This document shows, in pieces, positions 1-11,263 of a stretch of 33,511 nt of DNA. Location of the stretch: assembly GCF_001194135.2 (NCBI RefSeq), contig NC_068984.1, forward strand, positions 134,906,374 to 134,939,884, written 5' to 3'. The first letter of the stretch is position 1, and the number at the start of each line of letters is the position of its first letter. Source of the stretch: Octopus bimaculoides. Lineage: Eukaryota. The position numbers were made by a program, and so were the translations under genes. The notes under the pieces are model-generated. The model was given only the letters and a program-made list of their open reading frames with translations. It was not told the DNA's origin and did no database searches.

Positions 1-5
1 ATATA

Positions 6-38
<33 letters not shown>

Positions 39-60
39 GTATGTATGTATGTATGTATAT
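1..60. repeat. (AT)n/(GTAT)n microsatellite
   Basis: Direct sequence periodicity. Confidence 0.95.
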
Positions 61-1139
61 GTTCGTTATGCAGATGAGTATGTTTCAAAAAGATATTTCG
101 AAACATAAATGTCTAAATAAGTTGATATGAATGAAAATATTTCATTTCAACAACTCATGGTTCTAATTATTTCATTTCTTATGAAATTTTCTAGGGAGTT
201 AATGTTTGCTTGAAGATACATATATATATATGTGAGACAAAATTAATAAATTTCTCCATTTTAGATCATTGTTTCTCGTGTATCTCAAATCGCGGTATTA
301 AACATAACACCAGCTATAACAGGATATTAAAATGTTTTAATATTCCTTACTTTTTCCACCAGTGATTCCTGTTTGTTTTTATCGAGCCTATCGATCTGAG
401 TCGATGTATTATTTCCAGAGCGTTGTTTCACGTATTACATATCTACAACAATTGCAACCTCCACAGCCATCAATGGTACTGGTTGCTGAAAATGAAAATG
501 TTCTTTAGAAACGGTGTTAAATAAAAATAGGAAATGCTCAATGCAATTTACCTAGTGTAGTTTTGATTTTCTCACAACAGTTCGATACTTTTGAATGGTA
601 CGAGTACAGAAATCTATTATACCTCAATAACAATAGCATTATTGAATGCTGAGAGAGTGCATAGTTGAATAACATTCTATAGTAATCGTTGCTCGGTGTG
701 AATGAATGTCCAGTTTTGTATTGTATTTCAGCAGTTCTTTTACAATGCAATAAAACAAGAGCTAGTATGAAAATGTCACTGGGAGCTGATCTAGGAAATA
801 TGAAAGGCGGGAACGGTTATCCATTCCTTAGTCTACCCCTTGTATCTATTGTAATTCTTTCTGAGCAGTCCCAGTAATAACTTGCGTGGATACCTTATAT
901 CGTTGGGTAGATTGTGTAACTATATGAGAATAATGTTTAACGTTCTTGTTATTTATCGCTAAAGACATATATTTCAAAATATATAATCGTAACGATGCTA
1001 ACCAGTAGATAAAAGCAAACTTGGCATAACATTATAATTAATACATTAAATTACTACTTCAATAAGTTATTAAAATTTGAAGACGGCAGTAGAAGTCATA
1101 ATTTCTTCAAAGGATACAAACGTGTTTCTTTTCTATCAG

Positions 1140-1193
1140 GTACTTCGAAGAGAAAATAAGAAATCAATTCTCCGTGTAAAAATAAACATACAG
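1140..1193 (+). CDS. Candidate 54-nt internal exon of an unidentified gene (VLRRENKKSILRVKINIQ)
   Basis: Pyrimidine-rich acceptor GTGTTTCTTTTCTATCAG, donor CAG|GTATGA, length divisible by 3, open in phase 0. No homology recognised. Confidence 0.3.
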
Positions 1194-1378
1194 GTATGAA
1201 TAATGAATGTGTAGCACCTAAATTCCCAAGGTAAGGGATCGATGTAGCCATTTAGGGAGCTTGTATGGAACATTTATTTCTTTTTGAATAGATGTGTTGA
1301 TAGAGTTATTTCCATTTTACTAGATACGTCAAGGCTCCCTTTGCATCTGAATAGTGAATTTTTCACAGCCTATAAACG

Positions 1379-1380
<2 letters not shown>

Positions 1381-1436
<56 letters not shown>
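1381..1436. repeat. (CA)n microsatellite
   Basis: Perfect dinucleotide run; explains the HT/TH-repeat ORFs. Confidence 0.97.
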
Positions 1437-1444
<8 letters not shown>

Positions 1445-1685
1445 TACCCGGGCATTCACACGCACATACACACACACATATGGTGTGTGTATATGTGTAT
1501 GTAAAATATACATATGCATCGAAAGCTTCTAGATCGATCATAAAAAGCGAAACTCAGAACTCAGTTTGATGTATATCAAGCTAACTATATAGCTTCACAG
1601 GTAAAGATAAATATGCAGGTGTGTATGTGCATAAATTCACACATACATACGTATATACACATATACATATATATATATATATATA

Positions 1686-1884
1686 NNNNNNNNNNNNNNN
1701 NNNNNNNNNNNNNNNNNNNNNNNNNNNNNNNNNNNNNNNNNNNNNNNNNNNNNNNNNNNNNNNNNNNNNNNNNNNNNNNNNNNNNNNNNNNNNNNNNNNN
1801 NNNNNNNNNNNNNNNNNNNNNNNNNNNNNNNNNNNNNNNNNNNNNNNNNNNNNNNNNNNNNNNNNNNNNNNNNNNNNNNNNNNN
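1686..1884. other. Assembly gap (N) between (AT)n and (AG)n tracts
   Basis: N run. Confidence 0.99.
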
Positions 1885-1927
<43 letters not shown>

Positions 1928-1961
1928 TATACGTATACATGTATATACCTTTTATCTCCTA

Positions 1962-2155
1962 TCTTTTATTGGTTTCAGTCATTAGACTACGGCCATACTG
2001 GGGTACCTTCATGAATTTTTAGTCGAATAAATCGACCGAAAATACTTATATATTAAGCTTGCTACTTATTCTATCTTTCTCTTTCGCTGAACCGGTAGAT
2101 TACAGTGATGTAAATACACTGACTGACAATTGGTGGCGGGTGAGAAACACAGAAA
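1962..2155 (-). mobile_element. SINE-B, decayed 3' half
   Basis: Reverse complement matches the 3' half of the SINE at 30626-31010 (GTCGATTT-TTCGACT hairpin, CAGYATGGCCGYAGTC, TGACTGAAAC tail). Confidence 0.75.
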
Positions 2156-2262
2156 GATACATACACATGCATATATTCATACATACATACATACATACAT
2201 GTTAAAATATTTGAGAAAAATTATATTAATGTGTCCTACTTGTTAAAATTCTATTCATTTAT

Positions 2263-2354
2263 TGGTGTAGCTGAAGATGGTACCGCATTTAAATTGATGT
2301 AATGATTGCATTGTTCAATTAAATGGAACCGCTTGAAACGGTCGTATTGCATCA
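2263..2354 (+). ncRNA. Candidate type I hammerhead ribozyme (Penelope-like minimal-stem-III type)
   Basis: CTGAAGA 2271-2277, GAAA 2335-2338, GTA triplet 2344-2346. Stem I 2263-2270/2347-2354 (8 bp, 3 G-U). Stem II hairpin 2279-2330 (about 20 bp). Stem III ACGGTCGT is self-complementary. Extra T2278 and GCTT 2331-2334 are non-canonical. Confidence 0.6.
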
Positions 2355-4454
2355 CCACTTCATATCCTGTTGCTTATTTTTATTTTATTCACCTTACTTC
2401 TAGCTGTGCAAGTAATACCGGACTGATTTGTTGCTTCAACATATGTATCTAATTCAACTGAATCTCAATTATTTATACATATGATATGTAAACGTGTGTC
2501 TGTATATGCGTATATGTATATACGCGTGTCTCTGTTTTTTTTTGTGTTGACTACGAATGTCAAAGTTTGTCAAATGCTAAATGTAATAAGAAAAAACTAA
2601 GAAAACTTGCAAGAAATAAGAAAGAAATCATGAAATCACTGCAAAGAACACACCATAATAGCTGGGCATCATCGCAGATGAACCGTCTTTCATGACAGGT
2701 ACTCCATTAGGCTTTACTTGGGAACTAGACAACAAGAACAGCCATAGTAATTATTATTGACATATATGCTATGATCATGAGACATCTTTTGTCTGTCTCC
2801 GTAAAATTCTATGCAAAACATGCTACTGAGCTAACGGTAACTTGTACCTGATCGAAGTAGACTATTTATCTAGCAACATTAAAGTCATTCTATAAGTTTT
2901 CATGTCCACAAGTTTTAATTACCTTCTGTTGTAATACGAAGGCCTGCCAGCTTTAACCAAGATCATTACTGACCATCAGATATAACCTCTGTAAGCAATT
3001 GTTCCACGCAAAAGCTGGGTTTGCTAGCCATCAGAGGCACCGATGTAAATGAGGAAGCCAAAACGAATAAATGCTCTTATAGGTGGAGCTATATAATAAT
3101 AGGGTCGTCCAATTATTCATGTACATCATTTATCACCTTTAGTTTCATTTTGTATAAAACACATAGCTCAAATACTGGTGTAAATACAATTTTGTGGTAG
3201 ATTGCTCAAATATTTGAAGATACTTAAATATTTTCATGTTTAAGTCCTTGCAAATATTCAATGTTTGAAAGACAGTGGTATTTTATTAGTAAGCATGGGC
3301 AAAGTATGGCATCGTGCAAACCATTCTATAGTTTAAAGACTATGGGGTGTGATATGAAATGAAACCCACCTGCCTTTTGGTGCCATTACTTTTATGGATG
3401 TAGTTGTGGTACTATTTCAGATACACGAACGCTCTAATATGGGCCCCATGATTAATTTGTACAGGATCAACAAACGATTTAAGATGCCATTATAGTCAAT
3501 ACATCATCAACACCGAGATGTGTTTTGATGGTATATGTACAGTATATTCTACACACAAATGGTGTTAAGTCATATCTTGAGTTACACTATTCCTAATTCT
3601 GATAGACTCAGAGTATCCAACAGTAAGTGAAGGAAAACAATAAATATATGTAATTTCTCGAATATTTACTCATGGTCAGTCTATTCTAGGTGTAAAATAG
3701 GCGAGAAAGTGTTTAAATAATATAATTTGGAATCTCTAAAACCAAGGCGTTTAATATATGCAGGAGGTAAGACATGATTATTTTGACATCTGCAATGTGT
3801 CATTTTCCATAGATTAAATTATAAATCAAAAAGTTCTTAATAACAGCAATTTGCTGTAATCAAAGGCAAAAACAATTTTATACTTTTATATTTTGACACT
3901 ACAGTATGGAAAAGAGAGAGGATTGCGAAAAGAATAAGAACAAGAGAAAATTTAGATTGATAGAAAAAAACTAAAGGAGTACCTGTATGAAACTTATTAG
4001 ATTGTTTATCGAAGTATATAATTACATATTATTTTCAAACATTGCTTGTAAACAATGGATAAATATTTCTCATGCAGAATTATGATAGAATAATATGAGC
4101 ATTTATTGACGATGATTTTTTTCCCTATACACGACAAAGTCAGAATCTCACCAAAGCTTCTATAATTGAACAGGAATTTATGAAGCTGGAATTCTTATAT
4201 GTAAATTATATATATGATATATGAAATGAAGAAAATGTCCACAGCTATTTGTTTGCTTAATTTTAATAAGATTCCACTGAACATTATAAAATGAAACCGA
4301 TGTAAAATTTTAATTGATCAATGTAGAATTTTCGCTATGACAGAATACCAAAAAGTTTTAAGGAACATACACAACACACTCTCATTGTTGACTTGTATGT
4401 TTTATCCTCATTCCTGTCAAGATATTAGATTTTGGAAAAATGGAACTCAGAACA

Positions 4455-4533
4455 TTTTCTTGTTACTTACTTCAGCTTTTAGATTGCAGCCATGCTGGGG
4501 TCTTCATTGAGGGTTTTAGTCGAGCAAATCGCC
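4455..4533 (-). mobile_element. SINE-B type 3' tail fragment
   Basis: Minus strand GGGGCGATTTGCTCGACTAAAA...CCAGCATGGCTGCAATCT...CTGAAGTAAGTAACAAGA matches the tail of 30626-31010. Confidence 0.7.
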
Positions 4534-4534
4534 C

Positions 4535-5189
4535 CTTGTGTATTTTTGCGAGGGACTGGCCAAGTAAGTTTTGGGTGGTATTTGAGGCAAACTGGGCATC
4601 AAAGAGGGAGTCTTCATAAATGAGAGTACAAACTGTAGAGCCATCATGGTGTCTACATGGTGTCTAAAGGCCGAAGGACGCAAAGAGAAATCTACCAATT
4701 TCATGGATATTGCTTTAGCAATGGGTAGGGCAACCAGCAGCAACTTGAGAGACACGAAAATTTAAGAGCTGTGTGAGGCATGGAATTATTGTTTGCAAAT
4801 TCACAAGAGTGGCGCTACGGGTTTATGTTCTGACAGTTATGCGAAGTGAATGAGATTCCCGAAGTCTTCTTAGCCTTGTTTCTGTTCGAACGTCTTCGGC
4901 GAAACTACGAATACACTAGGGGTGTTTGGCTCAGGGCAGTTTTTGTTAGGTGGGTGATGCGAAGGGATTTCTAGTTGGTTTTAATGGGTCAGAAGTGAAG
5001 CAGGGTACTACCAGAGATAAGTGACACAAAACTGGCTGAGCTCCCACCAGCAGGCTATTATAAAGTGCTCCAGGTCCGAGGTGATGATGGGGATGTTCTA
5101 TTGTTTAGGGGTATGTTGTGAGCAGGTGAAACGAAGCGCTACTCAGATAACCAGATACGTGCAGACACGATTAAATGCATATGACGTCT
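4535..5189 (-). mobile_element. GC-elevated decayed repeat, possibly a CR1/L2-like LINE remnant
   Basis: Clearly more GC-rich than its flanks and C/A-rich on the minus strand. Only loose CR1/L2-like peptide resemblance (e.g. SFMKTPSLMPSLPQIPPKTY); no diagnostic motif. Confidence 0.3.
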
Positions 5190-5240
5190 TATTTATTTCA
5201 GCCACTGGATTGTAGCCATGCTAAGGCATCGCCTTAAGAG
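5190..5240 (-). mobile_element. SINE-B type 3' tail fragment
   Basis: Minus strand AAGGCGATGCCTTAGCATGGCTACAATCCAGTGGCTGAAATAAATAAGA resembles the SINE-B tail. Confidence 0.55.
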
Positions 5241-5694
5241 CAATTATGCAAAGGGATCAGCCATTATTCTTATTATTTTCAGACAGGTCAATTTAAGCAA
5301 AAGGCTAAGTTACGAGGACGTAAACAAAGTAGCAAAGGGCGTCAAGCGATGGCGGGTGGACAAGCACACACACATACACACACGGACACGCGCGCGCTTA
5401 CACAGACACACAGACACACACATATACGACAGGTCTCCACACAATTTCCCCTCGACTATTCACTCACAGAAGGCATCGCGCTGTTTGACTGAAAACGTTT
5501 ACCTGTACACTCACCATTGTTCATCTTTATTGGCTTTAGATTTAAATCAGAATATAAAACTCTCTTTCCCTCTCTCCATTTCGAACTCCTCTATACATAT
5601 ATACACATATTTATCTATTACTGTTTTCATGGTATGTTTGTATGTTTCTCACTAACAGTATGAATTAATTTAAATTTCACGAACAAATAGAGTA

Positions 5695-7031
5695 CAGTCA
5701 TATATGTACTCCGAAAAATCGGTATCAAGTCATAAGTGCTTGAATTTATTTGTTGCGCAGTGACCCAAGAATGTACTCACTCTTTAGATAAAAATAAATT
5801 CATTGTTTCATTGATTTAGAAACAAGATTAATGGTTAAATGTAAAAATAGAAACAAAATTAATGGTTAAATGCATAAATAGATAAATGCATGTTTACAAA
5901 TGTTCAAACTGACGACCACTGCTTTCCAAACACAGCCGATAAACACAGACCTATGGATTTAACAGCATTATCAATCATTTCATTCGGAACTGCAAAACGC
6001 TGTCTTTCAGTTTCCTTTCAACTCATTAAATTAAGAGTTTTGGGTTTTAAGCTGTAACCCTTATCTTTGAAATATTCCCATAAAACGGAAGACCATTGAA
6101 GGGAAAGTCTGGGGAACGCGCAGAGAAGTCAACCCTACCTCTTCACCTAATCCATCTGTTCGGAAAAGCTGCATCCTGATAGGCCGTTACATCACGATGG
6201 AAGTTGGGAGGAGCTCAATCTTGCTGAATGTAAATCTCTTTGTCATCATACAACTCTTCGACACGTGGAACGACGGATTCCTGCAACACGTTTAGGTAAA
6301 CACCCCCACTGACAGTTTGATCAAAAAAGAATAACCCTAGGATGTCCATCGCTGATATCCTACACCACACTGGAACCCCTGGCAAGTTCAATTGATGTTC
6401 CATAGTAACATGCAGACATTGAGGATCCCAGTAAGTGAAATTATGTCGGTTAATTGAGGTATTTAACTGAAATCTGGTCTCATTGGTCCAAATAAGTTTA
6501 CATGGAAATGTTGCATCTTCCTCGCATTTGCCGAGATACCACTCGCAACATTCAACTCTGCGGTCAGGTTCGACTCCATTTGGAGCGAAGATTGATGTTG
6601 GAATGTAGCATTTTTAATGAACTTACTTCAAAATGCGATGGGTGCTTGATTTTCAGATTGCTGTCTCAGGAGCAATTTATCTTATAGATTTCTGTAAAGA
6701 TCGGTGGAGGGTTTCCAGCAACTGGTCTTCCTTTGCGGGCATGGTTGTGACCATGGTCTTCTTGAACGTGCCTTATGGACGTCATGCACAGTTCCATCTT
6801 ATTCAAACTTATCTCGGATACTAGCAACGGTGGATGTTTGCGGAAATGTGTTCTAAGTTGTCTTTGCACTTCCATAATGGCTTCGTGCTTCCACTAGCAC
6901 TTTATGATCGATTTTCTTTCCTTAGAACTTCTGCCAATATTAGGGTCAATTTGATTTAAAAATTAAGAAAATGAAAAAAATCAGTGAATTATGGTGAGGT
7001 AAAATACGAGTACATATTTTAGGACTGCCTG
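5695..7031 (-). mobile_element. Full-length but dead Tc1/mariner transposon, DD41D (rosa)-like
   Basis: TA flanks at 5693-94 and 7032-33. Degenerate TIRs CAGTCATATATGTACTC versus rc CAGGCAGTCCTAAAATATGTACTC. About 1.34 kb. Minus-strand peptides: KERKSIIKC*WKHEAIMEVQRQ (HTH N-terminus), KLIWTNETRFQLNTSINRHNFTYW...LPGVPVWC...GLFFFDQTVSG, QQD*APPNFHRDV...RWIR*RG...RSPD. Stops and frameshifts present. Confidence 0.85.
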
Positions 7032-7775
7032 TATATCCTAGGTATGTCTTAGAATAGCCACGTTAGTAATCAGTAAATCTATTATGAAATTGATCTGTGT
7101 TAAGGGATAAAAAACGAAGGTTGAGCAATGCAATAAGAACCGAAGATTCAAATGAAGAGTAAGGAAACTTTGTGATCACTCGTATTCATATTTCCGAAGT
7201 TCTGTTATCTATTGAAATGCTCAGCTGCAAGGCTAATTCATGAAAAGGTTGCCCTGCAGCAACAGATTTAGTGTAAGAAACCTGTTTTCCGTTTGTTTTC
7301 TGATATTTACCTGAGTAATATGTGACTAAATTTCATCAGCGAAAGTAATTTAGATGAAATTTATCTCTTGTATATAGATGTACTTGGGACTGATTGGCTT
7401 CCAGAGCATTATCACGCGAAGTCGCGTTCTAGTAGCTTAGAAATAAGTTGCTAATCTGAAACTTTGAAACAAGGCAGGCAGAATTTGAACTCAAAATTTC
7501 CACTTCGATTTTTGATGTTTCTTCGTGACAGTTATCATGTAAGCTTTTATTACTACGTCACTAATGTTAAGTATTCATGTGTTAAAATGGGTCATTTTGT
7601 GAGTGAAAAGTTGCGATGTACATTCCCTTCCACTGGTGGATAATGTTGCAAGGGCACTACCGGCTACCTTTATGACGATGAAGAAAATCATATCTGAAAC
7701 CTTGATGGAGGCGATAAGTTGTTAGGAGAAAAGCTGAAGCCAATAGTTTCTTTCCTTCCAGATTGCATGTAATTT

Positions 7776-7823
7776 TGTTGTTGGCACTCCGTCGCTTACG
7801 ACGTCGAGGGTTCCAGTTGATCC
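7776..7823 (-). mobile_element. SINE-D 5'-truncated 3' fragment (copy left of gap)
   Basis: Identical to 8300-8347. Confidence 0.8.
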
Positions 7824-7826
7824 TGC

Positions 7827-7875
7827 NNNNNNNNNNNNNNNNNNNNNNNNNNNNNNNNNNNNNNNNNNNNNNNNN
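7827..7875. other. Assembly gap (49 N) flanked by duplicated sequence
   Basis: N run; the same flank sequence appears on both sides. Confidence 0.99.
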
Positions 7876-7894
7876 TCCAGATTGCATGTAATTT

Positions 7895-8277
7895 TGTTGT
7901 TGGCACTCCGTCGCTTACGACGTCGAGGGTTCGAGTTGGTCCGATCAACGGAACAGCCTGCTCGTGAAATTAACGTGCAAGTGGCTGAGCACTCCACAGA
8001 CACGTGTACCCATAACGTAGTTCTCGGGGATATTCGGCGTGACACAGTGTGACAAGGCTGACCCTTTGAATGACAGGCACAACAGAAACAGGAAGTAAGA
8101 GTGAGAGAAAGTTGTGGTGAAAGAGTACAGCAGGGTTCGCCACCATTCCCTGTCGGAGCCTCGTAGAGCTTTAGGTGTTTTCGCTCAATAAACACTCACA
8201 ACGCCCGGTCTGGGAATCGAAACCGCGATCCTATTACCGCGAGTCCGCTGCCCTAACCACTGGGCCATTGTGCCTCC
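7895..8277 (-). mobile_element. SINE-D, full-length tRNA-derived SINE
   Basis: Minus-strand head GGAGGCACAATGGCCCAGTGG (A box), GGTTTCGATTCC (B box), tail GGAGTGCCAACAACA. Flanked by duplicated (CCT)TCCAGATTGCATGTAATTT (7876-7894 visible; 8278-8299). Confidence 0.9.
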
Positions 8278-8299
8278 CCTTCCAGATTGCATGTAATTT

Positions 8300-8347
8300 T
8301 GTTGTTGGCACTCCGTCGCTTACGACGTCGAGGGTTCCAGTTGATCC
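8300..8347 (-). mobile_element. SINE-D 5'-truncated 3' fragment
   Basis: Matches the tail of 7895-8277 apart from 2 substitutions. Direct repeat TGCATGTAAT at 8288-8297 and 8348-8357 is TSD-like. Confidence 0.8.
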
Positions 8348-9033
8348 TGCATGTAATAGAGAATGAAATAATATATCAAAATGTTAAAGCAATCATGTGT
8401 AACGTGCCATTATCACTGTGTAGTTCAAGCAGATATCATTCATAGACACAGCTCATCATTGTAATTAACTGGAAGATTATAATTCATTAGTGTTTAATTT
8501 GATTGGAACTGAATTCGATTTTTTGTCTTAACCTAAAGATGGCTACAGAAAAGAATTCTGATAAACATCGTCTGAGAAAATTCACAAATGATACGATTCT
8601 TACCATTACGATAGGAGCCTCGTTTAGTTATAGCTGTTCAAGCGTTTAACATATGTGAAATTCATGATATTAATTCGATGTGTGAATACATAATACTGAA
8701 CTTGAGGCTGTTGCTGCTTAGCAATACATTAGTCCTGATCGAGCAGATCTCCGACTACGCTAACGCCGTAGTGTCAAACCTTCAGAAACTCATTTAATGT
8801 AAAAAAAAAAAATTGTTTCGAAGACCACTTTTATTCGATGCGTACTTCAGTTTTTAGAAGCTGGAGTATGATGTAGGGAGCATTCATTTGTTATTTTCTA
8901 CCAGGTAGAAATTGCATGCTGAGGAAGATCATAGATGCTGAAAAAGGCCTTTAGTTGATTTAAATGAATCCAGAGTTTGAATAATGCGCACAATATTCTA
9001 ATGTTCTAATGAGCAACGACTCTGGGAAGCAAA

Positions 9034-9070
<37 letters not shown>

Positions 9071-9863
9071 NNNNNNNNNNNNNNNNNNNNNNNNNNNNNN
9101 NNNNNNNNNNNNNNNNNNNNNNNNNNNNNNNNNNNNNNNNNNNNNNNNNNNNNNNNNNNNNNNNNNNNNNNNNNNNNNNNNNNNNNNNNNNNNNNNNNNN
9201 NNNNNNNNNNNNNNNNNNNNNNNNNNNNNNNNNNNNNNNNNNNNNNNNNNNNNNNNNNNNNNNNNNNNNNNNNNNNNNNNNNNNNNNNNNNNNNNNNNNN
9301 NNNNNNNNNNNNNNNNNNNNNNNNNNNNNNNNNNNNNNNNNNNNNNNNNNNNNNNNNNNNNNNNNNNNNNNNNNNNNNNNNNNNNNNNNNNNNNNNNNNN
9401 NNNNNNNNNNNNNNNNNNNNNNNNNNNNNNNNNNNNNNNNNNNNNNNNNNNNNNNNNNNNNNNNNNNNNNNNNNNNNNNNNNNNNNNNNNNNNNNNNNNN
9501 NNNNNNNNNNNNNNNNNNNNNNNNNNNNNNNNNNNNNNNNNNNNNNNNNNNNNNNNNNNNNNNNNNNNNNNNNNNNNNNNNNNNNNNNNNNNNNNNNNNN
9601 NNNNNNNNNNNNNNNNNNNNNNNNNNNNNNNNNNNNNNNNNNNNNNNNNNNNNNNNNNNNNNNNNNNNNNNNNNNNNNNNNNNNNNNNNNNNNNNNNNNN
9701 NNNNNNNNNNNNNNNNNNNNNNNNNNNNNNNNNNNNNNNNNNNNNNNNNNNNNNNNNNNNNNNNNNNNNNNNNNNNNNNNNNNNNNNNNNNNNNNNNNNN
9801 NNNNNNNNNNNNNNNNNNNNNNNNNNNNNNNNNNNNNNNNNNNNNNNNNNNNNNNNNNNNNNN
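9071..9863. other. Assembly gap (N) inside an (AT)n tract
   Basis: N run bounded by (AT)n on both sides. Confidence 0.99.
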
Positions 9864-9936
<73 letters not shown>

Positions 9937-10603
9937 TATCTATATATATATGTATATATATATATATAGATATAGATATATACACACACACACACACATA
10001 TATATATGTAAGTATGTATATATACACGCAGATACACACATACATATGCAAACATACACATACAGGCGCAAACACGCCCCGCACATATATATGTATTTAT
10101 ATATATACACACATACATATATATATACGTACGTGTGCGTTGGACACATACATAAGTGTAGGTGAAGATTCTAATATGTTTATATATATAGACATCATTC
10201 GATATGTTTCTTCCAGCATTTAATGGATATTAATCTAATCATGTTGAGGACTAGTGGTTATCATTTTAATATAAATTTAGAGAATACTGTCTCTGCACAT
10301 GATTTTATCGAGTTAATCCATTCAAAAACATTAAACCATTATTTAGACAAATGTTTCTTAGATAAAATGTTTTCAGCCATTTTTTTTTTGTTTATAGAAT
10401 GGGCTGGAAAAACATTTTAAATGTTCGTTCAGAATTCATCTTTCGTTGATAAAAATTTAACCAAATTATTGCAGATGTTTCTATCATATGATCTATTATT
10501 TTTATAATATATAACTTACACACTCGCATAACATTATATATATGTTCAGATGTTTCGGAACATAGAGACATATATTTTGCTTGCAAACACTCGCGCATGC
10601 ACC

Positions 10604-10672
<69 letters not shown>
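10604..10672. repeat. (CT)n(CA)n compound microsatellite
   Basis: Direct periodicity. Confidence 0.95.
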
Positions 10673-10673
<1 letters not shown>

Positions 10674-10889
10674 AACAAATAAAAAACACACATGTACAGA
10701 CCCACCTCCACACATCCATACCTCTTTGAGACACAGGCATGCATGAGTTGATACATAGATACTAATATTTACTAGCGACCGAGGCGGTACTAATACCGAA
10801 AGGTCATACTTATCCCCACTTAAACGTGGATGTTCTCTTAGAACAATCTAGATTGTGGTAGATGCTATGAGAGACACCCAGATATTGTC

Positions 10890-11110
10890 TTTTGGTGCAA
10901 AATGCAATCATGTTTATATTGCTGGCAGGGAGATAAATCCCCGCTATTTCCTGTTCCAAGACCACCAGATTACATGATTACCTACCTTGGTGTTATCAAT
11001 GACGGACTCTCGACGGCTAGAGGTTGTGGGAATTTATTACTAGCTAGCGATATAAACGAGAGTGCATTTTGTACCGAAAGCGAATATCAGAATTTATTTC
11101 ATGGTAACTA
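10890..11110 (+). mobile_element. Possible highly decayed Helitron Pif1-helicase C-terminal remnant
   Basis: Frame VYIAGREINPRYFLFQDHQ...SMTDSRRLEVVGIY...TRV loosely follows the consensus VYIPRI..F.F.R.QFP...AMTINKSQGQTL.VVGI...SRV with deletions. Confidence 0.35.
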
Positions 11111-11263
11111 CAGCAGTATTGCTTGTTCTAACAGAACGTCCATATTTAAGTGCGAATAAGTATACATGTCTATATAGATACACAGATGTATACAATCACA
11201 TACACCACACACCACACGTACATACATACACATATATGTGTATGTATATACACATATATAAAA

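Noticed and set aside
486-522. CTGAAAA...GAAACGGTGTT hammerhead-like words
   Set aside because: The core G8 is missing and stem I cannot form.
2399-2458. Minus-strand 60-nt exon candidate (ELDTYVEATNQSGITCTAR)
   Set aside because: The donor is acceptable but the acceptor lacks a polypyrimidine tract; no supporting partner exons.
2546-2757. Lys-rich open frame (CNKKKLRKLARNKKEIMKSLQ...)
   Set aside because: A-rich composition explains the Lys content; no convincing acceptor in phase.
3905-7538. Rescue of in-frame TAA/TAG stops by cephalopod A-to-I editing to Trp
   Set aside because: TAA would need double editing, no editing-complementary structure is seen, and there is no evidence the segments are coding.
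8200-8277. tRNA-like heads (also 21700-21796, 30626-30700, 11264-11350) as tRNA genes
   Set aside because: A and B boxes continue into SINE bodies and tails; there is no complete cloverleaf with a terminator.
7754-8350. Three near-identical blocks of about 70 bp resembling a CRISPR or regular repeat array
   Set aside because: Explained by SINE tails, TSDs and a gap. There are no spacers of regular length and no cas genes, and the DNA is eukaryotic.
10775-10820. CCGAGGC-GGTA-CTAA-TACC-GAAA-GGTC hammerhead-like hairpin
   Set aside because: Two core mismatches and no stem I or stem III pairing.
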